A stretch of 64,000 bases of DNA from Haliotis rufescens. Lineage: Eukaryota. Positions 11,701-23,192 of this stretch are shown piece after piece; the first letter of the stretch is position 1, and every line of letters begins with the position of its first letter. Under the pieces are notes generated by a model, which ran no database searches, had not been told where the DNA came from, and saw nothing but the letters and a program-made list of their open reading frames with translations. A program made the position numbers and the translations under genes. The stretch spans positions 49,848,001 to 49,912,000 of the forward strand of contig NW_025963779.1 of the NCBI RefSeq assembly GCF_023055435.1, in the 5' to 3' direction.

Positions 11701-14700
11701 AGCACCAGACAGGGTAGTACCATCCCCTAACGTCTTTTGGTATCACGCAGCCGGGGATCGAATCTTCCGCTCTATCACTAGACCACGGAGGCGGTCATGT
11801 AATATTTGGACCATAGTGTACTTAATAATATGTATACATACATACGAAACATCTCCCCGCATTATATACCTGAATAAGATTGTGTGTTATCAAGACGAAG
11901 CCCATCGCGATCAGAGTATGACAAAAATGCTTTGCTAAGCATGGCAGTATACCAAGCCAATGCATGAAGATAACGTACCAGAAAACGTAATGGAAAATCC
12001 AACGATGTTATTTCCTAACATAAAAACTTTCGTCTACCAGTATATATACCTTAAAATTTGGGCCGCTAATGCGTCGTAACTATGAAGAGGAGCCTTCTTC
12101 GATTTAGTTTCAGAACTCTTTAGATTGACATAATTCCTATCAGATAGGTCTTTTTGGTGACGATTTTCCCCCATTCCGAAACTAGTGTCTGTCTTCCAAG
12201 TCCTGTCATCTGCTTCTGCTCGATCTGCCCAACCTAGGGCCGAGTCGCTGGCTGTCAGTCTTTCCTTCCTCGTGACATCGACGTTGCGGCCATTCTCTTC
12301 GTTCATCTGATTTTCGCACTGTACCTCCTTTGCGCTTGCATAAAACATCTCGTAGTCCGCGGAAGGAGAAATGGAACTTGTCTTAGAGCACCCCATAGCA
12401 TTGGCATCCTTCAGTCTTCCACCATACGAGTCACCATCAATGTAGGGCGCCTCGTACTCAGATTCATATGTTGGCAGCCCTTTCTTGTAAGCGTGTAATG
12501 TCCCCAGTCCATGTTCTTCTGAGCTAGCCTTACATTTCCCCGTAACCTGATTTCGATCACTCTTCTGGTTTGAGCTGATTGGTGACAATTCATGGCCGAT
12601 TTCATCCTCTTTATGCTTCCGAGAGTTGAGATTATTCTCAGGAGGTTGTCTCTGATCGGACATTTCTGTACGGGGGGAACAATATGTCCCCTCTTGTTCC
12701 TCCACATCACTGAGCTCATATACGACGCTCTCAATGGAACTGTAATGTAAGGATGTACATTGTTTACTCTAATTATCTCCAACTCCACCAACTCCAAAAG
12801 ATGCACATCTCTAAACTGAACTTTATACAAGCATTAATACATTTTATGCTGAAAATATTCACAGACGCAACGATACAGGATATAGTTTAACAAATTATTA
12901 TAAATATAAATGACATTTAATTATGAAGGGGCAATTTGGCTTTCTCATATGAGCTCTATTATTCGGTGTCCTCCAGAATTCGTGTTGATTGAAAACCAAA
13001 TTTACAATCAAAGTGATTTTGAAACAGCATCAACGTCTGGTTTCCTCCAAAACGGATATACCCATTTAACTTCCAAGTCGTGATCGTATCCGTAACGTGA
13101 GCAAATCATTGCCACATCAGTTTAAGTCAAATTCAAGACGTTGACGTCAAGGATTCCTTTCAGTTCTACCGTACGGCAAGTGCTACTGCTTATCTATGCA
13201 GCTGCCTTCACCCCACACCCAAGCATAGCTAAAATACTCACACGTCAATGTATTCACTAACCTCGGGGTAGTACATGTTTTTCTCTTTATGCGTTCTCTG
13301 CATATATCATGTTGAGGTGTGCGCTTAATGAGTGATGTACTCCATGACAATGGTTATACAAACCTTGTTTTGTGCAACTGAGACTTGTTTGAGAAACACC
13401 ATCGATTGGCATAGGACGGGGCGGACATGTTCACCAGTCGTATCTTCATCTCTATCCCACCATGGGACAAGTGGGACAGAAAACGCTTGAAAATATTTCT
13501 TAGTCCCGGTGCATTCGTTCTCATGGCTTTCATTGAATGTTTGTCCTCATGTTGAACTATGAACGTGATGGGGCTCAATCTGACGTTAATCAACTTCGCA
13601 TTGAATGTCTGGAACATGGCACTGACGAACTGAAACATGTGACCATCGGCTGTGTCAACATGGAGACTCATGTGCCGTTCGAAGTCTTCTGAATGGTTTT
13701 TGGGTGCCAACGTGATAGATGAGCAGACAGCGTGTTCGGTAATAGGGTCCTCCCAATACGCTGACATGAGGCACTCGCCATCTGAAGAACAACGTTAACG
13801 TGTAGAAAATGTTCCATACATATAGATACAAAATGGTCTAAAACACTGATGAATCCTATAAACTTGTGAAACATAGTCATAAAGATGCCGAAACTTTATG
13901 TGGTTAAAAGACTGTTTCGTGCAATGTAGATTTCTGTCGAAAGTATTGTTTCTAATCCAGTTTGTTACATTCCACATCCTTAGATTGCTTAAAGCCTAAT
14001 AGTGGATAGACGTCTTTAGAAGGTATATAGCCAAAATACAAACATGCATCATTGAACATCTTAGTGTCGATAGCTTCGTTACTGTAGAAATATGAAATGA
14101 CTTTAATATAACAATACCACTAGTAGCAAGCAACCCTGTATTGACATGAAAAGTGAAACATGATCAAAGCTATCAACACACAATGTCATTTAGAAAGTGG
14201 TCAAATGTAACATGATATATTTGGGGAAATACTTTCTGTCTTTCAGACGGGGCTCAACCCAAAACAAGTACGAGAATCTGTACTTTACTAAGAAAGTGTA
14301 CCAAATATAACATGTGTTACATGATCAAAACATTGAAACACAAAAAAAGCACACCATACTTGTGACCTTTGGGAAGCGAGAAAGATGCAATATAGGAAAG
14401 CATGTTACCACATAGAACACTGTATTATCTAGGATTTTATGTATTACCAGTCCGTCACCTTTAATGGTCTTGTTTGTACTGAGTCTCTCCAGTAGAGTAT
14501 CATCAAAGCACAGGTCCACAACTGGCGGACACATGGGCGAGCGAACAATAGTCTTGCCTCGGATTTCACGGCAATGTACCTCAGCCATAGCCTGAAGAAC
14601 ACGGGGGACATTTCCAATAATATTAAGTAGGCACATAAAACTAACATTCAAATAAACCCCCATTCTTACATCAGATGACATTTTGAACGTGCATTGCCTT

Positions 14701-14815
14701 ACATAGTGATTTTGGGGGTCGGCGCTTGGGTGGACACCCCAAACCCCCACTGAAGTTACATATGACCCAAGCGGACACCATACTCACTCACTCACTCACT
14801 CACTCTTACCTCCAT
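2745..14815 (-). CDS. Gene A: multi-exon ~950-aa protein; N-terminal unique and low-complexity region + VWA + 2x MIB/HERC2 + WWE
   Basis: Phase-consistent GT-AG exons: 14815-14810, 14591-14459, 13781-13400, 12739-12050, 11474-11341, 11046-10924 (DTLLCLDNSGDM), 10579-10457, 9522-9451, 9284-9181 (RIVVVTDG), 8181-8077, 7742-7659, 7015-6896, 6491-6302 (LGKRVIRGPDWQWKNED), 5943-5797 (WVLWDNGQCHWYRYG), 5287-5214, 4954-4884 (VIWEN..YRYG..KYDV), 4793-4720, 4016-3872 (YEWQWFDE..WRPY), 3120-3050, then a last exon from 2812 or 2803. The 5'-most exons and the last exon are less certain. Confidence 0.8.
3303..3800. mobile_element. MITE with ~85-bp TIRs and 10-bp TSD (Mutator-like)
   Basis: TIR caatctcattaaaatcagatcttagttctcgctaccgctaaacaaagatctgaggacatcccatt is mirrored at ~3735-3800. 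TSD ctctgtttct at 3293-3302 and 3801-3810. A second copy lies at 31435-31993. Confidence 0.9.
4324..4432. mobile_element. Short palindromic MITE (PIF/Harbinger-like GGG(G)CC ends)
   Basis: ~32-bp imperfect TIRs ggggcctgttccacaaagcgatcttagtgcta / tagcgctaagatcgttttgtggaacggggccc. Confidence 0.7.
5430..5850. repeat. 91-bp tandem repeat x~4.5 made of gene A exon end + splice donor
   Basis: Unit ctcacctctctgtacctgcattcctatactgatgtgttccactccatctggcaggcgagtaagtcacctggatgctagtctgggcatattt. Minus-strand AG|GTGAGA donors at 5797, 5706, 5615 and 5524. Confidence 0.95.
7176..7410 (-). mobile_element. tRNA-derived SINE, family 2
   Basis: Near-identical to 8654-8925; minus-strand B box GGTTCGAAACC; (CTCA)n-type tail. 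Confidence 0.85.
7412..7640 (+). mobile_element. SINE-like repeat, family 1
   Basis: Reverse-orientation match to 62573-62803; ends in an (AAAC)n tail; abuts the family 2 copy head-to-head. Confidence 0.8.
8654..8925 (-). mobile_element. tRNA-derived SINE, family 2 (full-length)
   Basis: Minus-strand head GGACACGGGTGGCCCAGTCGTCAAAGGCGCCGC...GAGGGTTCGAATCCCGG with A and B boxes, then a non-tRNA body and an ACTCACTC tail. Other copies at 7176, 47432 and 60054. Confidence 0.85.
9618..9920. repeat. 26-bp minisatellite x~11-12 in a gene A intron
   Basis: Unit ttacaaaggtttaatccgtatctttc. Confidence 0.95.
11143..11312 (+). mobile_element. tRNA-derived SINE, family 3
   Basis: Head gggcgttggagtagccttgtggttaaatcgttcgc..gggttctattccc; body caatgtgtgaagcccatttctgg..ccgtgatattgctggaatattgctaaaagcg. 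Copies at 46316-46481(-), 58465-58549(-) and a degenerate one at ~20000-20125(-). Confidence 0.85.
11596..11797 (-). mobile_element. tRNA-derived SINE, family 4
   Basis: Homologous to 17428-17640 and 26995-27072 (ccccactcagacac..tatactga..ccgag..ccttg..tttggtat..gaccacggaggcggtc); minus-strand tRNA-like head GACCGCCTCCGTGGTCTAGTG...TTCGATCCCCGG. Confidence 0.75.
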
Positions 14816-17427
14816 GTCAGAATGTTGAGATCTGATTGGTTCATGTGATCTTGGTAAAATACCATGTATCCCACCTTGGAGGGAAATAACTTTCTGTTCG
14901 GGAGAAAACATCCCTTATGCCCCGCCACGAAGGAAACAGACTGCACGTGGATTTCTGGCTTGTGGTATAAAACCTAACGAGGCACGCATAAAACCACATA
15001 CACCCCGAGTGGTGCTGCCACAACTTATAGTAAATTTCACCTCGATCCATGAATAATTTAGAAGGCCAAATCTACATGTTCAATATGGTTGGTTTGAACT
15101 TGGAAGTCTGCCAAATTCGCACATATACGACAATACAGGACACGCGTTCAAGAGCATATAAGGTACATCATATATCAAACTTATCCAGGTATTGGGAAGA
15201 TATATTGATCAACTTTATAGGTCGAACGGCTACCGAGGACATATCGAATGACCGATGGACGACGGGCAGACGAGCGTCAAAATTAAATAAGCTCAAATGA
15301 ACATTCAGTTTAGATAAGCTAAAATACTCCAACTACAGACCGAAAACTATAAGTAATACGCCAAAAGAATCGGACTGTGGTCAGGGTATTAGTATTTCAG
15401 TGAAAATATATATATTCGTTTATGAGAGAAAGCCTGTCTCCATACAGTCTTTAAGTTGTCACACAAACAACGTCCATCAGACTTACTTCCTGACTCGATC
15501 CGTTGAAGTAATATGTAATATATTTATCCAACCCGGACAACCATTAAAAACAGTTGAAATTGGATATGAACGAGTTACTTCCCTTGTCTGTAACAATTTA
15601 ACTATACTGCCATATTGGTATATTTTACTATTCAAATTAAGCTTTATGGGTTGCTAATTCAATATGTATTGAATGTTGACAGTGTATGGTCCACTGGGGA
15701 ATGTGTGTGCTAGACTCCGTGGTGAACTTGCGAGAAGGAAGGATATCGTCAATATACCGAAACTGTCAGTGATCAAGGACACATAAATGTTATAGCATAT
15801 GCAGCCTTAATTGGTGGAACTCTGCTGCCACACTAATAAACGAACTGATACAAGTCAAAATATACTGACATAATAAACTTACCTGAAACTTAACCAGACA
15901 GATCGACTAGAGGTTCTCAATGTTTCTCTTGTTGGGCGCGAGGTTAGGGTTTTCCGGTCTTCTATTTATAGACTTGGTGTAGCTCCAGGTCCGATTCTTA
16001 GAACACATTCCTATGTGTCTGTTCCCCATACAAAAGCCATGCATGTCTGCAAGTTGTCACATGTGTTGTTATTGGTATAATGTACAATATATTTTTCAAT
16101 ATAATTGTTCATGATTCTTATTTGTTATTCAGTGGTCAACCTAGCTTTATTCAGATTAAATCATGTGAGTTTGTCTTGTTTATGTGAAGCTGCACTCAGT
16201 AATATTCCAGGTATATGATGGTGGTCTGTAGATAGTTGAGTATCGAACCAGACAATCCAGTGATTAGCATCATGAGCATCAATCTCAGCAATTAGGATAC
16301 AATAGCATGGATTCCATGGGCGGATACAGCTTTTTTGAAAAGGGGGGGGGTGCACAAAGATCTATTTATTGTCTTTGGTGGTAATTTATACAGAAATAAA
16401 GATTTTTTTCGAACTAAAAAGGGTGTATGTGCAACCCCGCAAATCTTATGAAACATCCAAAAGACAAGCATATTTTTGTAAATCACTGTTTTTGAAAGAT
16501 TTATTAATAAACAATATTAATGTAATGCTTGTTCAAAAATAATGTGTGATTGTTGTTAAATTCTGAAGTCTGAAATATTCAAGATGTAACATGGCAGTTT
16601 GCACATAATGAAATCTACACTAGCAAACATGTTTGATTGGCATTCTAGAAGTTGGTGAGTAAATATGAAAATGTACAAGTTTATGGATAGCAACTTCTGG
16701 TTTATTGCATTTTGATATAAGGGTTTGGAAGCCTGAGGTCTTCCATTAACTGCCCGACGAAGGAGTGCAGTTGAAAAGACCGAGGGCTTCTGCAAATGAT
16801 AATACTCTGAAAAAGAGCGTTACCGTTATTATAGCTGAAATGGATGGAATTTGTTATCAAATAAAAAGATACATTATCACATTTCTGATAATATGCGGGC
16901 GGTTTAATGATAATTCTATCCGTTATAGCTAAAATGTAGATCGTTACACAGTTACCAAGTTGGAGTGACTACAACAAAGTGGAAAATACATGTACATGCA
17001 TATGCACGTTCCTTACTGAACTCTGGCGTCATTGCCTGTGTGCTATTTGTTATATTACTGTACATCTGACTTCATTATCTGTGTGCTACTTGTTATCTTT
17101 TACCTGTTGTAAATGTTAATCTCCTGCTTATCACAACATATCATGCATATATACCACTCTTCACTTGGATGTAGTCCCTCTAGCTCCATAACGGTGTAAG
17201 AATCTACATTGAAGCATCGCTATATGCAATAAACCAGTTGTTAACCATAAAGTTTTACGTTTCGAGTCATGACTCCTGGGGGAATGATGACATGTAATCA
17301 CCCAAGAGTCCTACCATCCAATTCTCATTTAATAGGAGGAATGAAATCGGGTTTAACGTTGCATCCAAGATTATTGCACTTATATAGCAACGTGCATGGA
17401 TGTGCGTGCGTGCGTGCGTGCGTGCAT

Positions 17428-17640
17428 GCTAGCCCACTGAGATACCATGCCGCCATTTAACATAAATTCCCCCACTCAAAGACAATATACTGACTCCGAG
17501 CTGACCTGTCCTTGTTTAAGCCCCTTAATGCCAAGTGCCAGTCAGGGTAACAAGTACCATCTTTTACCGTCTTTTGGTATGATGCTCCCGGAGAACGAAC
17601 CCCGGACCTACCGTTTTACCACAAGACCACGGAGGCGGTC
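17428..17640 (-). mobile_element. tRNA-derived SINE, family 4
   Basis: Colinear match to 11596-11797. Confidence 0.75.
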
Positions 17641-20600
17641 CTCTCATTTAATAGGATCTTACAGGCTTAGAAGTAATAGGGCCTATTTATTGGCTCAGAA
17701 AGGGTTACGCCTTACAGCCTGGCATGTATCAATCAGATGCATTACAGTATATCTGCTATCATAATACATATATACCCATAATTATCAAGTGGCCTCTAAA
17801 GAATCATGTTTTAGAATTATTAGGTCCCTGTATTTTGTTTGCCAGAGGCTGCTGAGGATGTATATATATGGCAACAACCATGCCAAAAGAAACTGCCTAC
17901 ACTGTCATAGCTGATAGTGTGTAATCCTAGATAACTTGACTGATGGTAGTGCCTTCTGCCACGGTTTCCCTCGCCCAAACCCAGTTACATGCCCCATAAA
18001 CATTCACTCACCCACAAGCAAACACAGTTCCATGGTTTACCAAGTCATGGGATTATATAATCCTCTGGCTCCATAGATTCATGAAAATACTGAAAGTTTA
18101 TTACAATCAGGTCAAGAAACAGATTTAACTTTGAATTTGCATCCCTTTCATTTTCATAGATAAGACTAAAGTCAGACTGTCAAACCTGATCAACACAATC
18201 ACATAAATACATTGATAGGAGTGCAAAAACAAAAAATTAAATACTTCTTGAACCTCAATGAAGAACACAAGACTATTGAAAGTTTTAAGTTTAAATGGTA
18301 ATTATAAAAAAATTATACTGAACAGTGTTTGAGTTATCCTGCCCTGGAAACAAGATAATTACCATACTTCCAGATGTGCTGATCGTATTATATTCCCACA
18401 ATTGCCAAATACTCCCAAGTACTTGCATGCTGATGCTAAGAATAAGAATTACCATCATTACCAATGAGAAACTCTTGACTAGATTTTGATATGCAATTTA
18501 CAGAAATATATAATTTTGATCCAAGCTTCCTTACATTATGATCAAAAGAACATTTTGTAACAAAAAGTGTCCGCATGTGCTTGCTAAAACAGAAGCAGCA
18601 CTTTCACCCCAAACCACAATGATAAATCTGAGCCGTGACCATGTGGAACTGTGTTAAGGTTGTGCTCTAACACTGAAAATAAACACACAAGTCAAGGAAC
18701 ACACACTTCAAAAAAGATAGGATTTTATTCTTGAATGTATGAACACAGACATGGGCAATTTGATACACATGAATTATTACTGTGGGTTTATGCTTTGGGA
18801 TCTTGTTCAGATGTGTCGACTTGATACAGAGTTCTGAATTACGCAAAATCATACAATGTAAACTGTCAAGCCATGGTAGACTAAAGAGTAACATCAGGAT
18901 AATTAGCAATTCAATGTGTTTGCTCTTATTGCTCAGTAACATTAAACTGATACAGGTGTATTAGTCATTAGTTTCAGTCTTTGTTAAATACACTATGTAA
19001 CATTGGTAGAGATCAGAGGCAACTGAATAGAACATAATAGGGAAGGTAACAAGTGACACTGCACAATCAAACACACTTTACAAAAGTAAACTGACACAAG
19101 TCATCATAATCTGAGCTATTAGGTCACTAGCAAGCCGATATGTAACATTGTAATGCAAGTTTACCATGAGAAATTCTACATTGCTGAAAGCAGCAAACAC
19201 ATAGACCATTAGTAATATGAAGCATGCAAAATTGTCAACATAATGCAAAAACACATACAAATTATGGGATGTACATCTTAGATACACATAAGAAATTCCA
19301 AGTAATCTACAACTGATGAACTAAACCAGAAAATATTGGGAAGCATATTGTGTAAACCATGTTCAGTGGAACACTCACAAGCCCAAGCTGTTACAGATGC
19401 CTGCTGACTGGACTCTCTGACCAACTCTTTTTGCCATATACAGTCAAACACTGTTGTGTCAAACTTAGGTTGTCTCTAAGTAAAGGCTTGGGTCCCGCGT
19501 ACTCCTTCTTTAGTTATCATATTCGGTTGTGTGGAACCTCGGTTGACTCGAAGTATTTACATAGGTCCCTTCAACTTCAACTCAACAGAGTTTGACTGTA
19601 TCACAACTTTCAATAAATTCATATCATTTAAAGAATGAAAAATGTCGTTACTGTCAAATCAGGACTGCCTTGGCTCTTTCAATAAAATTACATGCTGTAA
19701 TGTTATGATGCATCACATATTCATCAATGAACAATGATGAATTACTAGTATATACTTGTAACAAATATTTACATAAAGAATTCTAAAACAAATAAAACCA
19801 CATGTAGACAGTTGACAAAAGTAAAATTGAATATAAACATTGATAGATGATGACTTAATGTGTATTGTAAGTGTAGATAGTGTGTTGTTTCCACATACAT
19901 TTCCACATGAAGACTGAACACTGACAAAGAACTTTTAAGATGCACAACCACCTTAAAAGATTTTTGAAAATGTTGTATACCATAAATACAGTGAGTGATT
20001 TATTTTATCATTTTCTAACATCATGATGGTGGGGGGTACCAAAATGGGCTTTGCACATTGTATCGATTCTGAGCCTTCCGCATGACGAGCCCACACCTTA
20101 GCCATTAGGCTGCTCCATCGTCCCAATAAAATCCAACCAGCAGGCATCCTTAGTCATGTTAGATAAAGGATATAATGATGTTATACTCACATAACAGGAT
20201 AACCAACAAATATATTACTGGGGTCAAGTTTGTTCAGTTTCTAAAGCCTTGGAGTCAAAGCAAGTTGGAACTATTGAGTAGGTTTTCATTTTGTACTACC
20301 AATAATATAATTGTTCCTTAGTGCCTGTTATCATTGCCTATCTACTACATCACTGATGCACTGCACCATTGCAATCTTGCAGTGCTAGCTAGATCAGTTC
20401 ATTCAAAGAAAAGAATGAAGCACTTTTAAAGAAATAACAACATACCCCTCCAGGTGTTGCAGGACCTGCAACATTTCCACTGTGCAGTCTGTGGCAAAAT
20501 AGTGTTAATACATGGACTATAATGAGTTTACCAGACTGAAAGAAATCTTACTGGACTCAGGCTTCAGACTAATGGCACACTGTCAGTTGTGTTCTAGCTT

Positions 20601-21755
20601 ACTATAAGATAGGAAATCTGTATCCAACAACATGAAATAATTGCTACAACATTCTAAGAGATTTTAACATCCGACAAAATTATTTTCCAATTTTGCAATA
20701 ATGTCACTTTGTAATGTTTTTTTGGAAATATACATCCCTTACTAAGTATGGTAAATGACTCTTCTTGAAAAAAACATGACAGTCATATCCTAGCATTATA
20801 CAAAATAACAAAATAAAACAGTTCTTTAATTCATTTTGAACCAATGTCTCACTAATATACTACCTGGCAAAATATAGATCTTTTTCACAACAGAAAATGC
20901 AGACCACAAAAAACACATTAAGTTACGAACATATAAGATAAATAGTAACAGTTTCGAGTTGATGTATGCTGACATTTTATACATGATATATACGCAGATC
21001 TAACAAACAGATAACAGAAGACAGTTAACAAATTTGCTCAACTTTGACACCTATTTCAAGTTCCAATAGAACATATTTCATATTGCACACAAGAATTTTA
21101 GGCATGGTCATACATCATCAAAGAGTATTGACAAACTGTTCAACATATGCTAGATCAGTGGACACACAGGACATGGTAGCTGGACAAAAGTGCACAAATC
21201 ATTTAAACAAAATATCACGAACAGATTACACATCAACATGGAGAACCAGATATGTCAGAAACACACAAGCCTATCAAACATGGCAGTACACATGGCACAT
21301 GCTGTTGGGTTTTCCCAGCTGTTTACAGGATACCTCCCCCAGGAACACAGTCATTTCCAAGAACTTCACACATCACTTGCCGCAAGTGTATTAATTGGCA
21401 TGAACGGCAATAAATGAGTTTCAATGCACATTGTAATAATATGAACAATAATGTATCGCTTAAGTGAGTGAATGGCTATCAACAATCTTCAAGCAATATC
21501 AAAACTGTTAATGATCAACTTGGGCCAGGCAAACCAGAGGCTGGTGGCACAACATGCACTTCCATACAATTGAGGAATAATTACTTTCATTGTTTTGTTT
21601 GAGGAAAACAAAATGTCATGTTAAGTTGAATCACTATCCTGCCACAGGGACTAAATACTTGGCTAAATCCTCAACACAGTGTACTGCCTCCCAAACATGG
21701 CTTGGCTGCCCACACTGAGGTGAGACTATCTCCAGCCATTACTGTAGTCCTTACA

Positions 21756-22125
21756 TACCAGACTTGCTGGTTCATGACAATAGTATGTGTGTACCAGCTT
21801 GTGTACCATCATAGTGGACATTTCTAGCAGACTTGCTGGTTCATGACAATAGTATGTGTGTACCAGCTTGTGTACCATCATAGTGGACATTTCTACCAGA
21901 CTTGCTGGTTCATGACAATGGTATGTGTGTACCAGCTTGTGTACCATCATAGTGGACATTTCTACCAGACTTGCTGGTTCATGACAATAGTATGTGTGTA
22001 CCAGCTTGTGTACCATCATAGGGACATTTCTACCAGACTTGCTGGTTCATGACAATAGTATGTGTGTACCAGCTTGTGTACCATCATAGTGGACATTTCT
22101 ACCAGACTTGCTGGTTCATGACAAT
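21756..22125. repeat. 69-bp minisatellite x~5.3 downstream of the ZNF stop (probable 3' UTR)
   Basis: Unit taccagacttgctggttcatgacaatagtatgtgtgtaccagcttgtgtaccatcatagtggacatttc. Confidence 0.95.
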
Positions 22126-23192
22126 AATTCTGCAAAAAAGCAACACATCATACAGCCCATCAAATACTTGTTGAAAACAATGACAAAATGAAGTTAATGA
22201 AATCATTACTGCAAATCGGCAAGCAGCATCTTACATGTGGTCAGTATTATGTATCTACTAACCTAGCATGCCAAAACAGGCAAGTACAAATACAGTTTAC
22301 ATTACTTTACAACAGGAGATAATACAGTGCATACTAGTACAGTGTAATGATTATATACAATTCAACTAATGTGGTACCTTGCTACTGTGCAGACTATACA
22401 GGTCATTTATCAATCCCAAGAAAGTAAACATTAACTGACCATGGCAATTGTTTATTGGTAAACATAACCAGTGGTGAAGGTTATATATTATGCAGATATT
22501 ATGACATGATCTGACATCAGAGCTCAGCATTACAGTAAAATGTCAATTATTTACAAAACATAAATATACCACTTTGTGAACATGATTACCAAGATTATTG
22601 GAGATAAATGTTTCCAATCAAAGATTCACAATCATCTACCATGATTACACTACACAGAATTCTAGGCTCTAATCCAACTGATTTAGTACAATCTTTTACA
22701 ACCTACAACATGAATTATTCTACTGTGACCAATGTTGGCTGACTGAATACTGAATTCTTGAGGGCATATCAACATGTACCAGACTAAACCAAGACAACAG
22801 TTTACATTACTAGTCCAACTTTAACTTGTGGAATTTTTTTAGTTAAAAAAATATGATTTTGAAACTTACAATGAAACAGTTTTGAAAAGAAGTAGATAAG
22901 CAATAAGGTAACCAAAAACCTTTAAAATAATCATGTCTATAATCATGTACAAAGTATACGTCCCTCAAAACAGACTTTCAAAATGAAGCATGTGAATATT
23001 AAACAACAAAATTTTGATGACAGAATATTTTTCATTTCATTATGATTGCAACCTGACACTTGAAATCATATGGTCAAGGGGAGATAATTACTACTTCAAA
23101 CTGAACTTCCTCAGGGTCAACATCATCCATTGTTTGTTGGATATCTTTTCAGTCATACACCTTCTTTTGCAACATCATCACGTTAAGAAGAT

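Noticed and set aside
21726-22019. 97-aa repetitive ORF (MMVHKLVHTYYCHEPASLVEMST)n
   Set aside because: It arises from a 69-bp minisatellite; the frame breaks in one unit and there is no splice context.
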